Positions 48,496 to 58,608 of a stretch of DNA of 64,000 bases are shown piece by piece; position 1 is the first letter of the stretch, and the number at the start of each line of letters is the position of its first letter. The stretch covers positions 1 through 64,000 of the forward strand of contig JAOZFT010000001.1 of the NCBI GenBank assembly GCA_027492035.1, written 5' to 3'. The DNA is from Thermoproteota archaeon (lineage in GTDB: Archaea; Korarchaeota; JAOZGF01; JAOZFZ01). Under the pieces are notes generated by a model, which was not told the DNA's origin, made no database searches, and worked only from the letters and a program-made list of their open reading frames with translations. The position numbers and the translations under genes were made by a program.

Positions 48496-49053
48496 GTGGC
48501 GCTGCCAAGTAGAGATGAAGCTTTTGATTTTTTGAGACGGTACGTGAAGAGTGACAAGTTAATAAAGCATTGTTTAGCTGTGGAAGCTATAATGAAAGAA
48601 TTAGCAAAGTATTTAGGTGAAAATGTTGAAGTTTGGGGTTTAACAGGCTTACTTCATGACATAGATTACGAAACAGTTAGGGATATGAGTAGACATGGGT
48701 TAGTTGGGGCTGGGATACTGGAAAAGGAGAACTACCCTAGTGAAATGATTGAAGCCGTTAAAAGGCACAATTACTTGGTTTCAGGACCTCCAACTAACAA
48801 GTTAGAGAGATGTTTAGTTGCTGCTGATTCAGTTTCAGGCTTAATAATTGCCGCCGGTTTAATGATGCCTGACAAAAGACTGAAAACAGTGACTGTGAAA
48901 ACAATTAAGAAGAAGTTTAAGGATAAGTCATTTGCTAGAGGCTGTAACCGGGAAGAAATAAAAGAGATATTAAAAGTGGGCCTTACTTTGGATGAATTCT
49001 TCGGAATAAGTCTAAAGGCTTTACAGAAAATTTCTTCCGAACTAGAGCTTTAA
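48496..49053 (+). CDS. HD/HDIG-domain metal-dependent phosphohydrolase
   Basis: HCLAVE, GLLHDIDYE, H..H, AAD, K.F..K.FA.GCNR. Confidence 0.85.
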   Translation: MALPSRDEAFDFLRRYVKSDKLIKHCLAVEAIMKELAKYLGENVEVWGLTGLLHDIDYETVRDMSRHGLVGAGILEKENYPSEMIEAVKRHNYLVSGPPTNKLERCLVAADSVSGLIIAAGLMMPDKRLKTVTVKTIKKKFKDKSFARGCNREEIKEILKVGLTLDEFFGISLKALQKISSELEL

Positions 49054-49088
49054 CATGTTTCTATGTTAAACAGGATCAAAATAAATGA

Positions 49089-49223
49089 TTAGGGACCGTG
49101 CTGTTCTCCCCAGCATGGAGATAAATTGTAGTATTTATCACAAAAATCTTCAAAGATGCACTTTTTACCGTTAGCAATTGGACATTTCCCTTTAGTTTCT
49201 TCTTCAATTTCTTTTTCAAACAT
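49089..49223 (-). CDS. Small Cys4 protein (44 aa)
   Basis: GAGGTGA SD before ATG 49223; MFEKEIEEETKGKCPIANGKKCIFEDFCDKYYNLSPCWGEQHGP*. Confidence 0.5.
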   Translation of the reverse strand: MFEKEIEEETKGKCPIANGKKCIFEDFCDKYYNLSPCWGEQHGP

Positions 49224-49686
49224 CAATAAAATCACCTCTTCCCTTTTAAAATGAGGAGAGAAATAAGCAAATGTCTGAAGGAAATACACTTTATTTTTTG
49301 GAAAATAGATGAAGGAAAGAACATGCCCTTATGTAGTTTTAGGGATGGAGAGGTTGAGGTAGAGGTTACACAAGATGAAGAGATAAACTGAGATATGACC
49401 CCCCTGAAACAATTCATTATTGTGTTACAGGTAAACGAGGCTGTGGATGATTCTGTTTTTTTGCCTATATGTGTATTATGGCAATGGCAAAACTTTAACA
49501 CCTTTCATGCAGAGAACCTCTACTTTTTTCATTTTTTCAATCATTTTATTGGATGAAGCCCAATAAAGTATGTTTTCCTTTAAAAATTTTACGTTTTTGT
49601 ATTTTTTGAGCAGTTTAGTATTAATGTTGAAAAATTTAAAGAGGATCTCTCTTTTCCCATTCGCTAAAAAGGAAGGAAAATAAATT

Positions 49687-50499
49687 TTATTTCTTTTTAA
49701 TAAATGCTTCAGTTCTTTCTCTGTATTCTTTGGTTTGCGAAAGGAGAACTAAGTCTTTAATTGCTTCTTTAAACCTCTTATTTTTCCTTTTCCTGTTCAA
49801 CCAAATTTTTATTAGTTTTAGGGAGTATTCGGGCAAGTTAGCTATTTCTTCAGCTATTTTTTTGGTTTCTTGAAAGAATTTATTTTCCGGAAAGAAGTCA
49901 TTAATTAACCCTATTTCTTTAGCTTCTTTAGCTGAGATTCTTTCCCCTGTAAAAATTAAGTAAGCTGCTCTTTTGTAACCTATTAAATCTGGGAGCAGGG
50001 AAGTAGCTATCGGGGGAAAAGCGCCTATTTTGATTTCAGGCACTGCAAAAAAAGCTTTTTCAGAAGCGAAAGCTAAATCACAAAGTAAAGTTATTTCACA
50101 ACCTCCCCCTACAGCTAAGCCGTTAACCGCTGCTATACTTATTTTTTCAAGCTTTAAGAAGGCTTCTAAGGAGGGATAAACAATTTGAAGAAAGAAATCC
50201 CAGGATTGACGGAAAGTCTCAGCTTTAAACATTTCATATATATCATCACCTGCTGAGAAAGCTCTCCCTTCCCCTGTCAAAACAACAACTTTAACTTCCT
50301 CGTCTAAATTGACTTCTTCCAGCTTCTTTTTAATTCCAATCCACATTTCCTTGTTTAAAGCATTCAGTTTTTCAGGCCTTTTCAACGTAACAAAGGCTAC
50401 TTTACCCTTCATTTCAAGTTCTACAGAACCCAATAAACCACCCCCCTTTCTTCCCCCAAAAAAATCAGGTGAGAATTTAAAAAATATTTTTAGAATCAA
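49687..50499 (-). CDS. Enoyl-CoA hydratase/isomerase (crotonase) family
   Basis: LKRPEKLNAL, FSAGDD, GGGCE, PE..IG. Confidence 0.88.
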   Translation of the reverse strand: MILKIFFKFSPDFFGGRKGGGLLGSVELEMKGKVAFVTLKRPEKLNALNKEMWIGIKKKLEEVNLDEEVKVVVLTGEGRAFSAGDDIYEMFKAETFRQSWDFFLQIVYPSLEAFLKLEKISIAAVNGLAVGGGCEITLLCDLAFASEKAFFAVPEIKIGAFPPIATSLLPDLIGYKRAAYLIFTGERISAKEAKEIGLINDFFPENKFFQETKKIAEEIANLPEYSLKLIKIWLNRKRKNKRFKEAIKDLVLLSQTKEYRERTEAFIKKK

Positions 50500-50576
50500 T
50501 GAAAAAAAGGAAGTTTTAAAAGTTGCCCTTTATCGAGAGACAGAAAAACATAAAGCTTTTTTAGAGGGGATTTTGT

Positions 50577-51527
50577 TTGCAGCAATTAGTAAGTTACGAC
50601 AGGGGCTTATTTTTTCATCCTTTAAAGATATGGCTGGATGCAAGAGGCAAAAAGCCCTTTTCTTTTGTTTCTCATGCTCACATTGACCATTTAGGAAACC
50701 ATAGGAAAGTTTTCCTCAACATGGAAACCGCCCCCTTCTACCTTAGAAGAACAGGAAAAAGGAACTTCTTGGTCAGAGAATTTAATAAACCTTTTTACAT
50801 AAATGATTACAAAGTCGAGTTGTTTCCTTCAGGCCACATGCTTGGGTCAGCTCAAATAATTTTTGAGAAGGATTTAAAAATTGTTTACACAGGTGATTTT
50901 AAGCTTAAAAAGGGGTTAACTTCAGAAAAAATTCAAATAAAGAAATGCGACGTATTAATAATGGAAGCTACCTATGGAAACCAGGAATTTTGCTTTCCTA
51001 AGAGGGAAGAAGTTATAGGGGAGTTAGTTGATTATGTAGATGAAGTTTTGGTGAATGAAGAAGTACCTGTTATTTACGCCTACCCCCTAGGTAAAGCTCA
51101 AGAGGTAATAAAGATACTTACCTCTAAAGGGTTCCAGGTGAGGGTCCATAAATCCATTTTCTTCAACTCAAAAATCTATGAAAAATTAAGTGTTAACTTG
51201 GGACATTACACAATTTTTGATGGAGGAGAAACAAGGAGTGAGGTAATTATTTTGCCTACTTCCACAAGAGGGAGGAGAAACATTAAAATTAAGAAAAAAA
51301 GAGAGATAATTGTTACTGGATGGGTTGCATCAGAAAAAATGAAGAAGAAGTTTAGAGAAGTGAAAGGTTTCCCTTTAAGTGATCATGCTGATTTCCCTGA
51401 CTTACTCAATTACGTAAAGAAGGCAGATCCAGAAATTGTTTACGTAATAAAAAGTTACAGCCCCTTCACAATAGATAATTTTCTGAAACAACTTTCAAAA
51501 CAGGGATTTAATGCTTTACCGCTTTAA
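50577..51527 (+). CDS. Beta-CASP MBL-fold nuclease (SNM1/ligase-associated exonuclease-like)
   Basis: SHAHIDH, GHMLGSAQ, YTGDF, EATYG, LGKAQE, LSDHADF. Confidence 0.82.
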   Translation: MQQLVSYDRGLFFHPLKIWLDARGKKPFSFVSHAHIDHLGNHRKVFLNMETAPFYLRRTGKRNFLVREFNKPFYINDYKVELFPSGHMLGSAQIIFEKDLKIVYTGDFKLKKGLTSEKIQIKKCDVLIMEATYGNQEFCFPKREEVIGELVDYVDEVLVNEEVPVIYAYPLGKAQEVIKILTSKGFQVRVHKSIFFNSKIYEKLSVNLGHYTIFDGGETRSEVIILPTSTRGRRNIKIKKKREIIVTGWVASEKMKKKFREVKGFPLSDHADFPDLLNYVKKADPEIVYVIKSYSPFTIDNFLKQLSKQGFNALPL

Positions 51528-51777
51528 CCTTTCCCCCCCAGTTCTTTAAACCTTAAAAACACTTAACGTAAATGCTGGATTTCTTGGATATGAAGTGAAG
51601 GAAACTTGTAACTGAAAATATAATGTCAACGCTATGTGTCGCAAATTTAAGTTTTTCGTTGCAAAAATACGTTGCAGATAATACTGAAAAACTTCAAGAG
51701 AATGCAGTGACTTGGTGTAAGTTACTTGTCACCAGCACCAAAATTTTTTTAAGAAGAATTTAGCGGTTAAAAAAATT

Positions 51778-52482
51778 TCACTCTAAACTTTTCATTAATT
51801 TCTTAGCTTGAAAATGGGCAAGTCTCAGCGGTTCAGGTGTCCTGTGCTTTATTAGAGAAGTAACTATTTTTAGTGAAGTTTCAAGTGAAACCTTGTGGCC
51901 TGGACTCACATAAATTGGTTTCCTTTTTCCTCCAAGAGTTATTTCGTAACCCACTAGTTCACCCTTGTAGATTACTCCTTTAACGTTTCTGATGCCTAAA
52001 TCACGAAGGTTTCCGCATAAAAGATTTTTTGCTACGCCTATGGTTGGAATGTTAAAGTAAACCCCAATCAATGTTGCTTCTCCTGCCTTAAATGGATGCA
52101 ATAAGCCGTTGCCATCTATTAATAATAGGTCAGGCTTGTTTTCTAATTTTTTAATTACAGAGATTATGGGTGAAGCTTCCCTGAAGAAAAGAAAGGTTGG
52201 GACATACGGAAATTTAACGTTGGTTATTGATTTTTGAACTTCTAAAATTTCCAGATGGGGAAATTTAATCGATACAGCAGCTGAGAAAGCCTTGTCCCCT
52301 TTATAGGACACATCGACACCAGTTACTACATTTATTGTTGAAGGTAAGTTGTTTTTGAAAACAGCTTTATTTGCAAGTAATTTCTGGGCTTTACGTGCTT
52401 TTTCGAAGTTGAATTTTTCAATTGTGGTTTTCAAAAAGAAACCCCTCATCGAAAAAAACATGTTTTCTCTTTGCCTTTCCAA
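51778..52482 (-). CDS. nfi: Endonuclease V
   Basis: GVDVSY, FPYVP.FL.FRE, DGNGLLHP, IGVAK, YVSPGH, PEPLRLAH. Confidence 0.92.
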   Translation of the reverse strand: MERQRENMFFSMRGFFLKTTIEKFNFEKARKAQKLLANKAVFKNNLPSTINVVTGVDVSYKGDKAFSAAVSIKFPHLEILEVQKSITNVKFPYVPTFLFFREASPIISVIKKLENKPDLLLIDGNGLLHPFKAGEATLIGVYFNIPTIGVAKNLLCGNLRDLGIRNVKGVIYKGELVGYEITLGGKRKPIYVSPGHKVSLETSLKIVTSLIKHRTPEPLRLAHFQAKKLMKSLE

Positions 52483-52648
52483 AAGGTCTTTACTTTATTA
52501 AAACTTCTTTTCTTTTCTTCCCTTCTCTCCTTTCACCATTCTTCTTTTTTCCTGATTTAAAAATGAAATAGAAAAAGCTTAAAAAAGGTTACTTGTTAAA
52601 AAATTAGGGAAAAAAGAAAAAGCAGTTTAAAGGATAGGAGAGAGTGAA

Positions 52649-52918
52649 ATGTCAGCAATTAAAGTTGTTAAGGAATTAGGTGCAAGAATAATAGCTATGA
52701 AAGACGATGGCACACCTAGGCAGATACTGAAAGGGTACATAAAAGAGGGAAGGTATGGAAAATTTATTTCTATAGAGAAACATTGGGTGCAGACTGACTT
52801 AGAGGAATTTACTGATTCAAAATGGGCTAGATGGTCCATCTCAATACCTTACGACAGAGATAAAGCCATAGCTCTAATTGAAAATATGAAGGAACTGGTT
52901 GAGGAAGCTTTCAAATAA
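52649..52918 (+). CDS. Small hypothetical protein, possible PC4/PUR-like ssDNA/RNA-binding fold
   Basis: GGAG SD; beta-rich aromatic core GKFISIEKHW...WARWSISIP plus C-terminal helix. Confidence 0.55.
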   Translation: MSAIKVVKELGARIIAMKDDGTPRQILKGYIKEGRYGKFISIEKHWVQTDLEEFTDSKWARWSISIPYDRDKAIALIENMKELVEEAFK

Positions 52919-53123
52919 AATTGTTAATTTTCAAGAATTTGAAGTGTTTAAGGGAGAAATACCGGGAAACATACTTAATAACTTGAATCAATCACAGCTT
53001 GAAGAGGAAATTCTTTAAGGAATCTGTAAGTGAAGGCAAAAACTCAATAAGGTAGACATTGCCCCAATCTTTTATTAATTTTCCTTTAATAAGGTTTTTC
53101 AACTGTTAAGGAAAGGGGTACAA

Positions 53124-54392
53124 ATGAAAATGAGCAAAGAAGAAGTCAGTGACAGGGAAATTGAAAAAGTAAGCCTTAAACTTTCTAAGAGTCTTTTTTT
53201 AGTTGCTGGTTTCTCTTCTTTTTCAGTCAGCTTATTTAACCCTTTCCTAAATTTTTACGCTGTTTTCATTGGAGCCTCATTTACTGAACTTGGTTGGTTA
53301 ACTTCTGCGAAAAACTTGTTTCTAAACGTTTTCCAACTTTTTTGGGGTTATTTAAGTGACTTAAAGGGTAAAAGAATTTTTTTGGGGGTTGGTTATTTAT
53401 TTACGGGTTTATTGGTTTTAACTGTTTGTTGGGTTAACTCAAGCTTGGTCTTAATAGGTTTAGTTACACTTCTTTATTTTCTTTACTCAATGACTTTGCC
53501 TTCATGGACTTCTTTACTTGGCGATTACAGTGAAGAATCTACTAGAGGGAAAGTTTTAGGCATTGTTGGTTTTGTCTCCCAATTTGCAAGTGTAACAGCT
53601 TACTTAGTTGTTGTCACACTCACTTTCAACTCAAAGTTAAGTAATGAGTTCCTGATAAAGATACCTTTCATATTGGCGGGTTTTACGTCTTTAACAGCAT
53701 CTTTTTTCGTTCTCCCATTGAAAGAAAAGAGAAACAACCAAATTAGAAAAATAGCTGAAAGTTTCACTGGAAGTTTTAAAGTGGGAAATTATAGACGTTT
53801 CCTTTACCTATCAAGCTTTAATGCTTTCTCAATGTCTCTTGTTTGGCCTATTTTTTCATATTTAACCGTCTTATTAACAAATAATACTGTTTGGGAAATG
53901 GCTTTGATTTGGGGGGCTTGGAGCATTTCTAATTCATTAGGTCAAAGATTTCTAGGTAAACTCATTGATTTATATGGCAGGAAACCTTTTCTCATAATCA
54001 GTAAGTTTTCTTTATTCGTGGTTCCCTTAGGTTACATCCTTTCCAACCTTTCCAGTTCATGGGTTGAATTGTTTGTTGTTATGTTAACTGCTGGGGTTTT
54101 TATGTCCCTTTCAATAGTTTCAGAAACAGCTTATATTTTGGATTGTGCAGAGGAAGGAGAAAGAGCTTCCTTCACAGCAATGTTTAACTTTCTTACAGGT
54201 ATTTTCTCATTTACGGGTTCAATGGTAGGAGGCTTTCTTACAGATTTGTTTAAATTCTCATTCACAACTTCAACCTCCCTTAATTTGGTGTTGCTTGTTT
54301 CTTTAGTACTAAGGGTAGTTTCAGGTCTCTCCTATAAAACTTTGAAAGAAGTACATGTTCCAATAAGGCAGCAATCCAGCTTTTCTTCGTAA
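53124..54392 (+). CDS. MFS transporter
   Basis: About 12 TM, GYLSDLKGKR and GKLIDLYGRK motif A copies. Confidence 0.88.
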   Translation: MKMSKEEVSDREIEKVSLKLSKSLFLVAGFSSFSVSLFNPFLNFYAVFIGASFTELGWLTSAKNLFLNVFQLFWGYLSDLKGKRIFLGVGYLFTGLLVLTVCWVNSSLVLIGLVTLLYFLYSMTLPSWTSLLGDYSEESTRGKVLGIVGFVSQFASVTAYLVVVTLTFNSKLSNEFLIKIPFILAGFTSLTASFFVLPLKEKRNNQIRKIAESFTGSFKVGNYRRFLYLSSFNAFSMSLVWPIFSYLTVLLTNNTVWEMALIWGAWSISNSLGQRFLGKLIDLYGRKPFLIISKFSLFVVPLGYILSNLSSSWVELFVVMLTAGVFMSLSIVSETAYILDCAEEGERASFTAMFNFLTGIFSFTGSMVGGFLTDLFKFSFTTSTSLNLVLLVSLVLRVVSGLSYKTLKEVHVPIRQQSSFSS

Positions 54393-54463
54393 AGGGGACT
54401 TCATTTTGAACTTTAAAGTATTTCTGAACAAGGCAAGATCCCAGTTGGAAATTCAGAGAAGGT

Positions 54464-56588
54464 TTATTTCAGTTTTCTTCCGCAATTAGTGCAATAAATG
54501 CCATCTGGGTTAACAAGTGCACTGCAGAAGGGACAGTAACCCTGCTGCTTTCTTTTGAGCAGGTGGTGGGTAAGTGGAGGAAATAGGTGTTTGAGGCTTA
54601 AAACCTCTCTTACGCAAAAGATATACAGCAATAATAACAGCTACTACCCCAACTATAAGAATTAATGTGAATGAAGGTGCTTCGTAAGGGGATGGTGAAG
54701 GTGAAGCAGTAAAGGAGGGTTTTGGGCTTTGATAAGTGGGGGTTGAAGTTGGCGTGGGAAATGATGGTGGAGAGGGGGAAGGGACTGAAGGGGATGGAGT
54801 TAAAGTTGGGGTAGGAGAGGGAGTTGGTGAAGGAGATGAAACCGGTACTGCAGTTTCTGGGTAAGTGTATACTTCCGTTAACTGGTCGTTAGATGATACT
54901 TCATCATCTCCATCAACATCTTCCCATTCAACCACCAAATACTGGGCTGGTTTAGGATTTTGGGCAAGTTTCCAAAAGTTATTCCTTAGATATTGGAGGG
55001 CTGCATCTGTACCTTGTTTAGTTATCCCCTCGATTAAAATAGAGGGGCTGTCGGATTTAACTTGAGCAGTGAATGCAATTATGCCATAATCCCTTTTTCC
55101 AACTTGGGAAGGATTTATTGAACCTCGAAATTCACCAATTTTAATTGTGTCACTTGTTAGGGTGATATTAAATATTTTGTTCAGTTTTGCTGTGGCAGGG
55201 TTATTTGAGGGGTTACCGATCACGTAACTATTAGGTTCCGGTTTATCCGTATATTTAACAGTTCCCTTAATTTTGTTTGCGAAGTCTAAAGCTTGTTTTT
55301 TGTTTGGGGAATTTACACCTATGATTATCGTGGGTTGTGGTTTAAGGTTTCCTAATGATTTAGAGTCAACAGAGTGCCATTTATTCAATGTTTTTTCTGC
55401 CTCGCTTAAGCATTCACTCCATTTACCGTTCAGGTAAAGGTTTTCAACTGAGGAAACAGCGCTTGAAACCCAGTTCAAATTCAACTTATTACTTCTTTCC
55501 TTAAGTAAGTCTAGAGCTGAAAGAGCTTCACCTCTTTCAGGGTCTATTTTACTAAGCATTTCTTTCCAGTTTGAAGATGATAAGGCAAGATTCCTTAATT
55601 CATCAAAGGCTTGGTAAATGTCAAACCCCTTTTCCTGTCTCAGTTCTTCATAGATTTCGTAGATGGTTTTTTGCGGAGGAGCCTCTAAAATAAGTTTCCA
55701 AAAGGTTTGAAGGATGCCTCTACCATATTTCTTGTCAATATAGTAAAGGAGGGTGTAACCGACAGAGTAAATGTCTAAAGCTGCGCCTTTGTAGTAAAAG
55801 TTGTGAAGGTAATGTTTGGGATATGTCTCAAACCAGTACTGTGAATTGTAGTCTACATTTATTGTTTCACCACTTGCTTTCTTGTAGTAAGAGTTGGGGT
55901 TTCGGAACATTTGGTAAGCCAGTTTAAAGTGTTCTTCTTCAGGGTTGATGCCGCATTTAACTTGTACCTCATCATCCTGAAAGAAAAGGTCGCATCTTAT
56001 CGCTTTCTCAAATTGATTTGTTTCCCTTAAAAGGTTTAGTGAGACATACTCCGCAGAGGCTTCATCAACCCATAAACCAGTCCAGAAATTCTGCTGACTC
56101 CAAAGGGTAGTATCATAAAAATAGGAGTGAACTGCTTCATGAAGAACAGTTTGCTGATGATCAAGGAAAAGTTCATAGTTATGTAAAACGATGTTTTTCT
56201 CTGCGGAGCGGATAGTATAAGCACCGCCTACAAGCCAATAAGTGCCAATTGATTCGAAAACAACCTGAACTTCACCTCTGTACCTAGGAGGAGTACCGAT
56301 AAAGTCTTTCATGTAAGGAAACAATTGATTCAAGAAATTAGTGTAGTTTTCGCCTTGAGCCCGCATATTCACAGGAAAGTGTAGATATGGTTCAAGTTCA
56401 GGATGATATTTCTTAATCCATTCCCTACATGCAACAATAGACGAGGCAGTTTGAGGGAATTTATTAACAAAGATGATTTCAGGATTTTGGGCATGTATTG
56501 AGGGAACAGGAGTAATTAACAGGATCAACAATATTGTAAATGTATAGGGAAAAATTTTTCTTCTTTCCATTTTTTTTCCATCTTTCAA
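54464..56588 (-). CDS. Secreted, membrane-anchored HEXXH (gluzincin-like) metallopeptidase with P/T/S linker and TM helix; zinc-ribbon tail out of frame
   Basis: Signal peptide, VLHEAVHSY...WVDEASAEY, P/S/T linker, TM; called ORF stops at 54510, but the +1 frame encodes YCPFCSALVNPDGIYCTNCGRKLK* (54538-54464). Confidence 0.75.
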
Positions 56589-56869
56589 AACAAGTACATA
56601 GACTGCAAAAATTTAGGGAAGATTTTGTAATTTTTAAACTTTTTGTTAAAAATTTTTCTTGAAATTGTAAATGAAGTTGAGGTTTAAATAATGGAAAGGC
56701 TAGTTTTTAAAACATGAAATATAAAGGTGAAAGTATGTTACAGTTCCCCTATAACATCCTCTCGTTTTTCCTTTAAAAATACGTTTTGTACAGGTTGAAT
56801 TTATTCCCTTTTTTACTCCTTCCCAAATAAGAAACTGCCTCCTCAAAAAAAACCTTTTTTTAGAGTTTT

Positions 56870-58048
56870 TCAAATAACGGTTTCCATCACTTTGTTTATT
56901 TTCATGATTAACCCGTTAAGGAAAGCGTTTAGCTCTGCTGTTTCAACTCCACTTACCCCTATTTTTGTTAATCCCTTGATTTCTATTAATCCCTTATCGG
57001 CTAGGTTTTGAAGTTGTTCATCTATCTCTTTCCTTTTCCTTTGTTTTAATTCTTCACAAACAACTTTGTAAACTTCCTTTATTTTATTGTAGGGTACATA
57101 AGGTTCTTCTTTCCGTTGCAGTGCACGGGCTACACTTAAAAGAACAACTTTTTCTTGGAAAGGTAGATTTAATATTTCGTCTGTGGTGATTAAGTAGGAT
57201 TTTTCTTTGAAAACGCTCCTAACGTGTTCGGGCATTATTTTCCTAAAACCTTGCGCTTCAGCCAGTGTCCCTGCATAGAGTAAAAGATCTAAAGCTGCCC
57301 TTGCGTCACCATTTATTGGAGGTTTAGAACAGAGGTCTGAAATAAATTCAACAAGGTCTTCACTCACCACTCCAGGTTTGAAAGATTCGTTAACTCGAAG
57401 CAATAAGATGTCTTTCAGCTGTTTGTGATTGTATGATTGAAATCTTATGTAGTTCCTTCCTAGAGTGCTTAATTCAGCTGGTTCAAGTTTTTCATGAAAC
57501 TTCTTAGACCTAGCAATGAATATTTCTCCTAGGAAGTTTAAAGGTTCACCTGGGCTTAATTCGCTGAGCCTGGTCAACTCATAAACTAATTTTTCCCTGC
57601 TATAATTTACGAAGTAGTCTATCTCATCAAAAACAGCTATTAAGTAGGTTTTTTTCTTTTTTAAATAATTTATTAATTCATTAAGCATTTCAAGAGCACT
57701 TAAGTTTTGAGAAAAAATTTCAGGTGCTGCCTTTAAAACCATTGTGCGGTAAAGAACTACTTTGCTTGTACCCAGCAGCCTTAAATTCAAATAAACTGAC
57801 TTAATCCTTAATTTTTTCTTTAAAGCTTCTTTTTCAAATTCTTTAGTGAAAAGGATAGCTGTACATGTTTTCCCTGAACCTGTTACGCCGATTAATTGAG
57901 CTATTTTCAAAAATTTTTCAGAGGGTTTTTCCAATGAATCAAAAAACAAAAGTTTAAGCTGATTTAACTGCTTCCCTCTATGGGGGAGAGAGTTAGGTAT
58001 GTAAGTGGGTAGGAGTTTATTTTTATCTTTAAAAATTAGACTTCGCAA
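56870..58048 (-). CDS. cdc6: Cdc6/Orc1 family AAA+ replication initiator
   Basis: L.P.YIP..LPHR, GVTGSGKT, FDEID, GDAR.A.DLL, C-terminal winged helix. Confidence 0.9.
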   Translation of the reverse strand: MRSLIFKDKNKLLPTYIPNSLPHRGKQLNQLKLLFFDSLEKPSEKFLKIAQLIGVTGSGKTCTAILFTKEFEKEALKKKLRIKSVYLNLRLLGTSKVVLYRTMVLKAAPEIFSQNLSALEMLNELINYLKKKKTYLIAVFDEIDYFVNYSREKLVYELTRLSELSPGEPLNFLGEIFIARSKKFHEKLEPAELSTLGRNYIRFQSYNHKQLKDILLLRVNESFKPGVVSEDLVEFISDLCSKPPINGDARAALDLLLYAGTLAEAQGFRKIMPEHVRSVFKEKSYLITTDEILNLPFQEKVVLLSVARALQRKEEPYVPYNKIKEVYKVVCEELKQRKRKEIDEQLQNLADKGLIEIKGLTKIGVSGVETAELNAFLNGLIMKINKVMETVI

Positions 58049-58095
58049 GGAAAACCTCTCAACACATTAAAAGGTCTTTCTTCATAGAAATCTTC

Positions 58096-58608
58096 TTAAG
58101 TAAAAGATTGAGAAATTTTAATCAATACATCATCTTGGTTGACGAATGCACCTTCCCTCACCATTACTTCGGTAATCACTCCCTCAACCGGGGAACGAAT
58201 TTCATTTTCCATTTTCATTGATTCAATAATCAAAAGCAGTTCACCCCGAGCTACTTTTCCTCTATTCTTCACTTTTAAAGAAACAACTTTACCAGCCATT
58301 GGAGCCTTAACAATCACTTCCCCCTTTTCTCCCCTCTTCCCAATCTTTAATTCCTTAACTGAAACAAGATGTTTAACCCCGTACTCTTCTACTAAATACA
58401 CTCCTTCCTCTATTTCTTTAACGTTTACATAAAAGGGTTTGTTCTTTTGAGCAGTCTTAACTTGGACGTAGTTTCTGTTTTGCGGAGAAATTTGAAACCT
58501 TTCTTCTTTTTCGTTAATTACCAGCTTCACCGAATCTTCTAGGCTTAAATTTTCCTTTTTCACCCTGAACTTTTTCCCATCCACTGTGACTTCGAATTCC
58601 TTAACCAT
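58096..58608 (-). CDS. accB: Biotin carboxyl carrier protein
   Basis: APMAGKV, ESMKMENEI biotinylation motif. Confidence 0.9.
   Translation of the reverse strand: MVKEFEVTVDGKKFRVKKENLSLEDSVKLVINEKEERFQISPQNRNYVQVKTAQKNKPFYVNVKEIEEGVYLVEEYGVKHLVSVKELKIGKRGEKGEVIVKAPMAGKVVSLKVKNRGKVARGELLLIIESMKMENEIRSPVEGVITEVMVREGAFVNQDDVLIKISQSFT

Noticed and set aside
51716-51730. TGTAAGTTACTTGTC, similar to the thiamine-operon box
   Set aside because: Lies between convergent genes, so it has no promoter to control; probably chance
56589-56869. Replication origin next to cdc6
   Set aside because: AT-rich, but I could not find repeated ORB boxes (TCCAxTGGAAA...G-string). A single weak look-alike at about 54440 (CCCAGTTGGAAAT) is not enough.
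58560-58608. 49-nt overlap of accC and accB as a frameshift
   Set aside because: accB has its own GGTGA SD and ATG, and both proteins look complete
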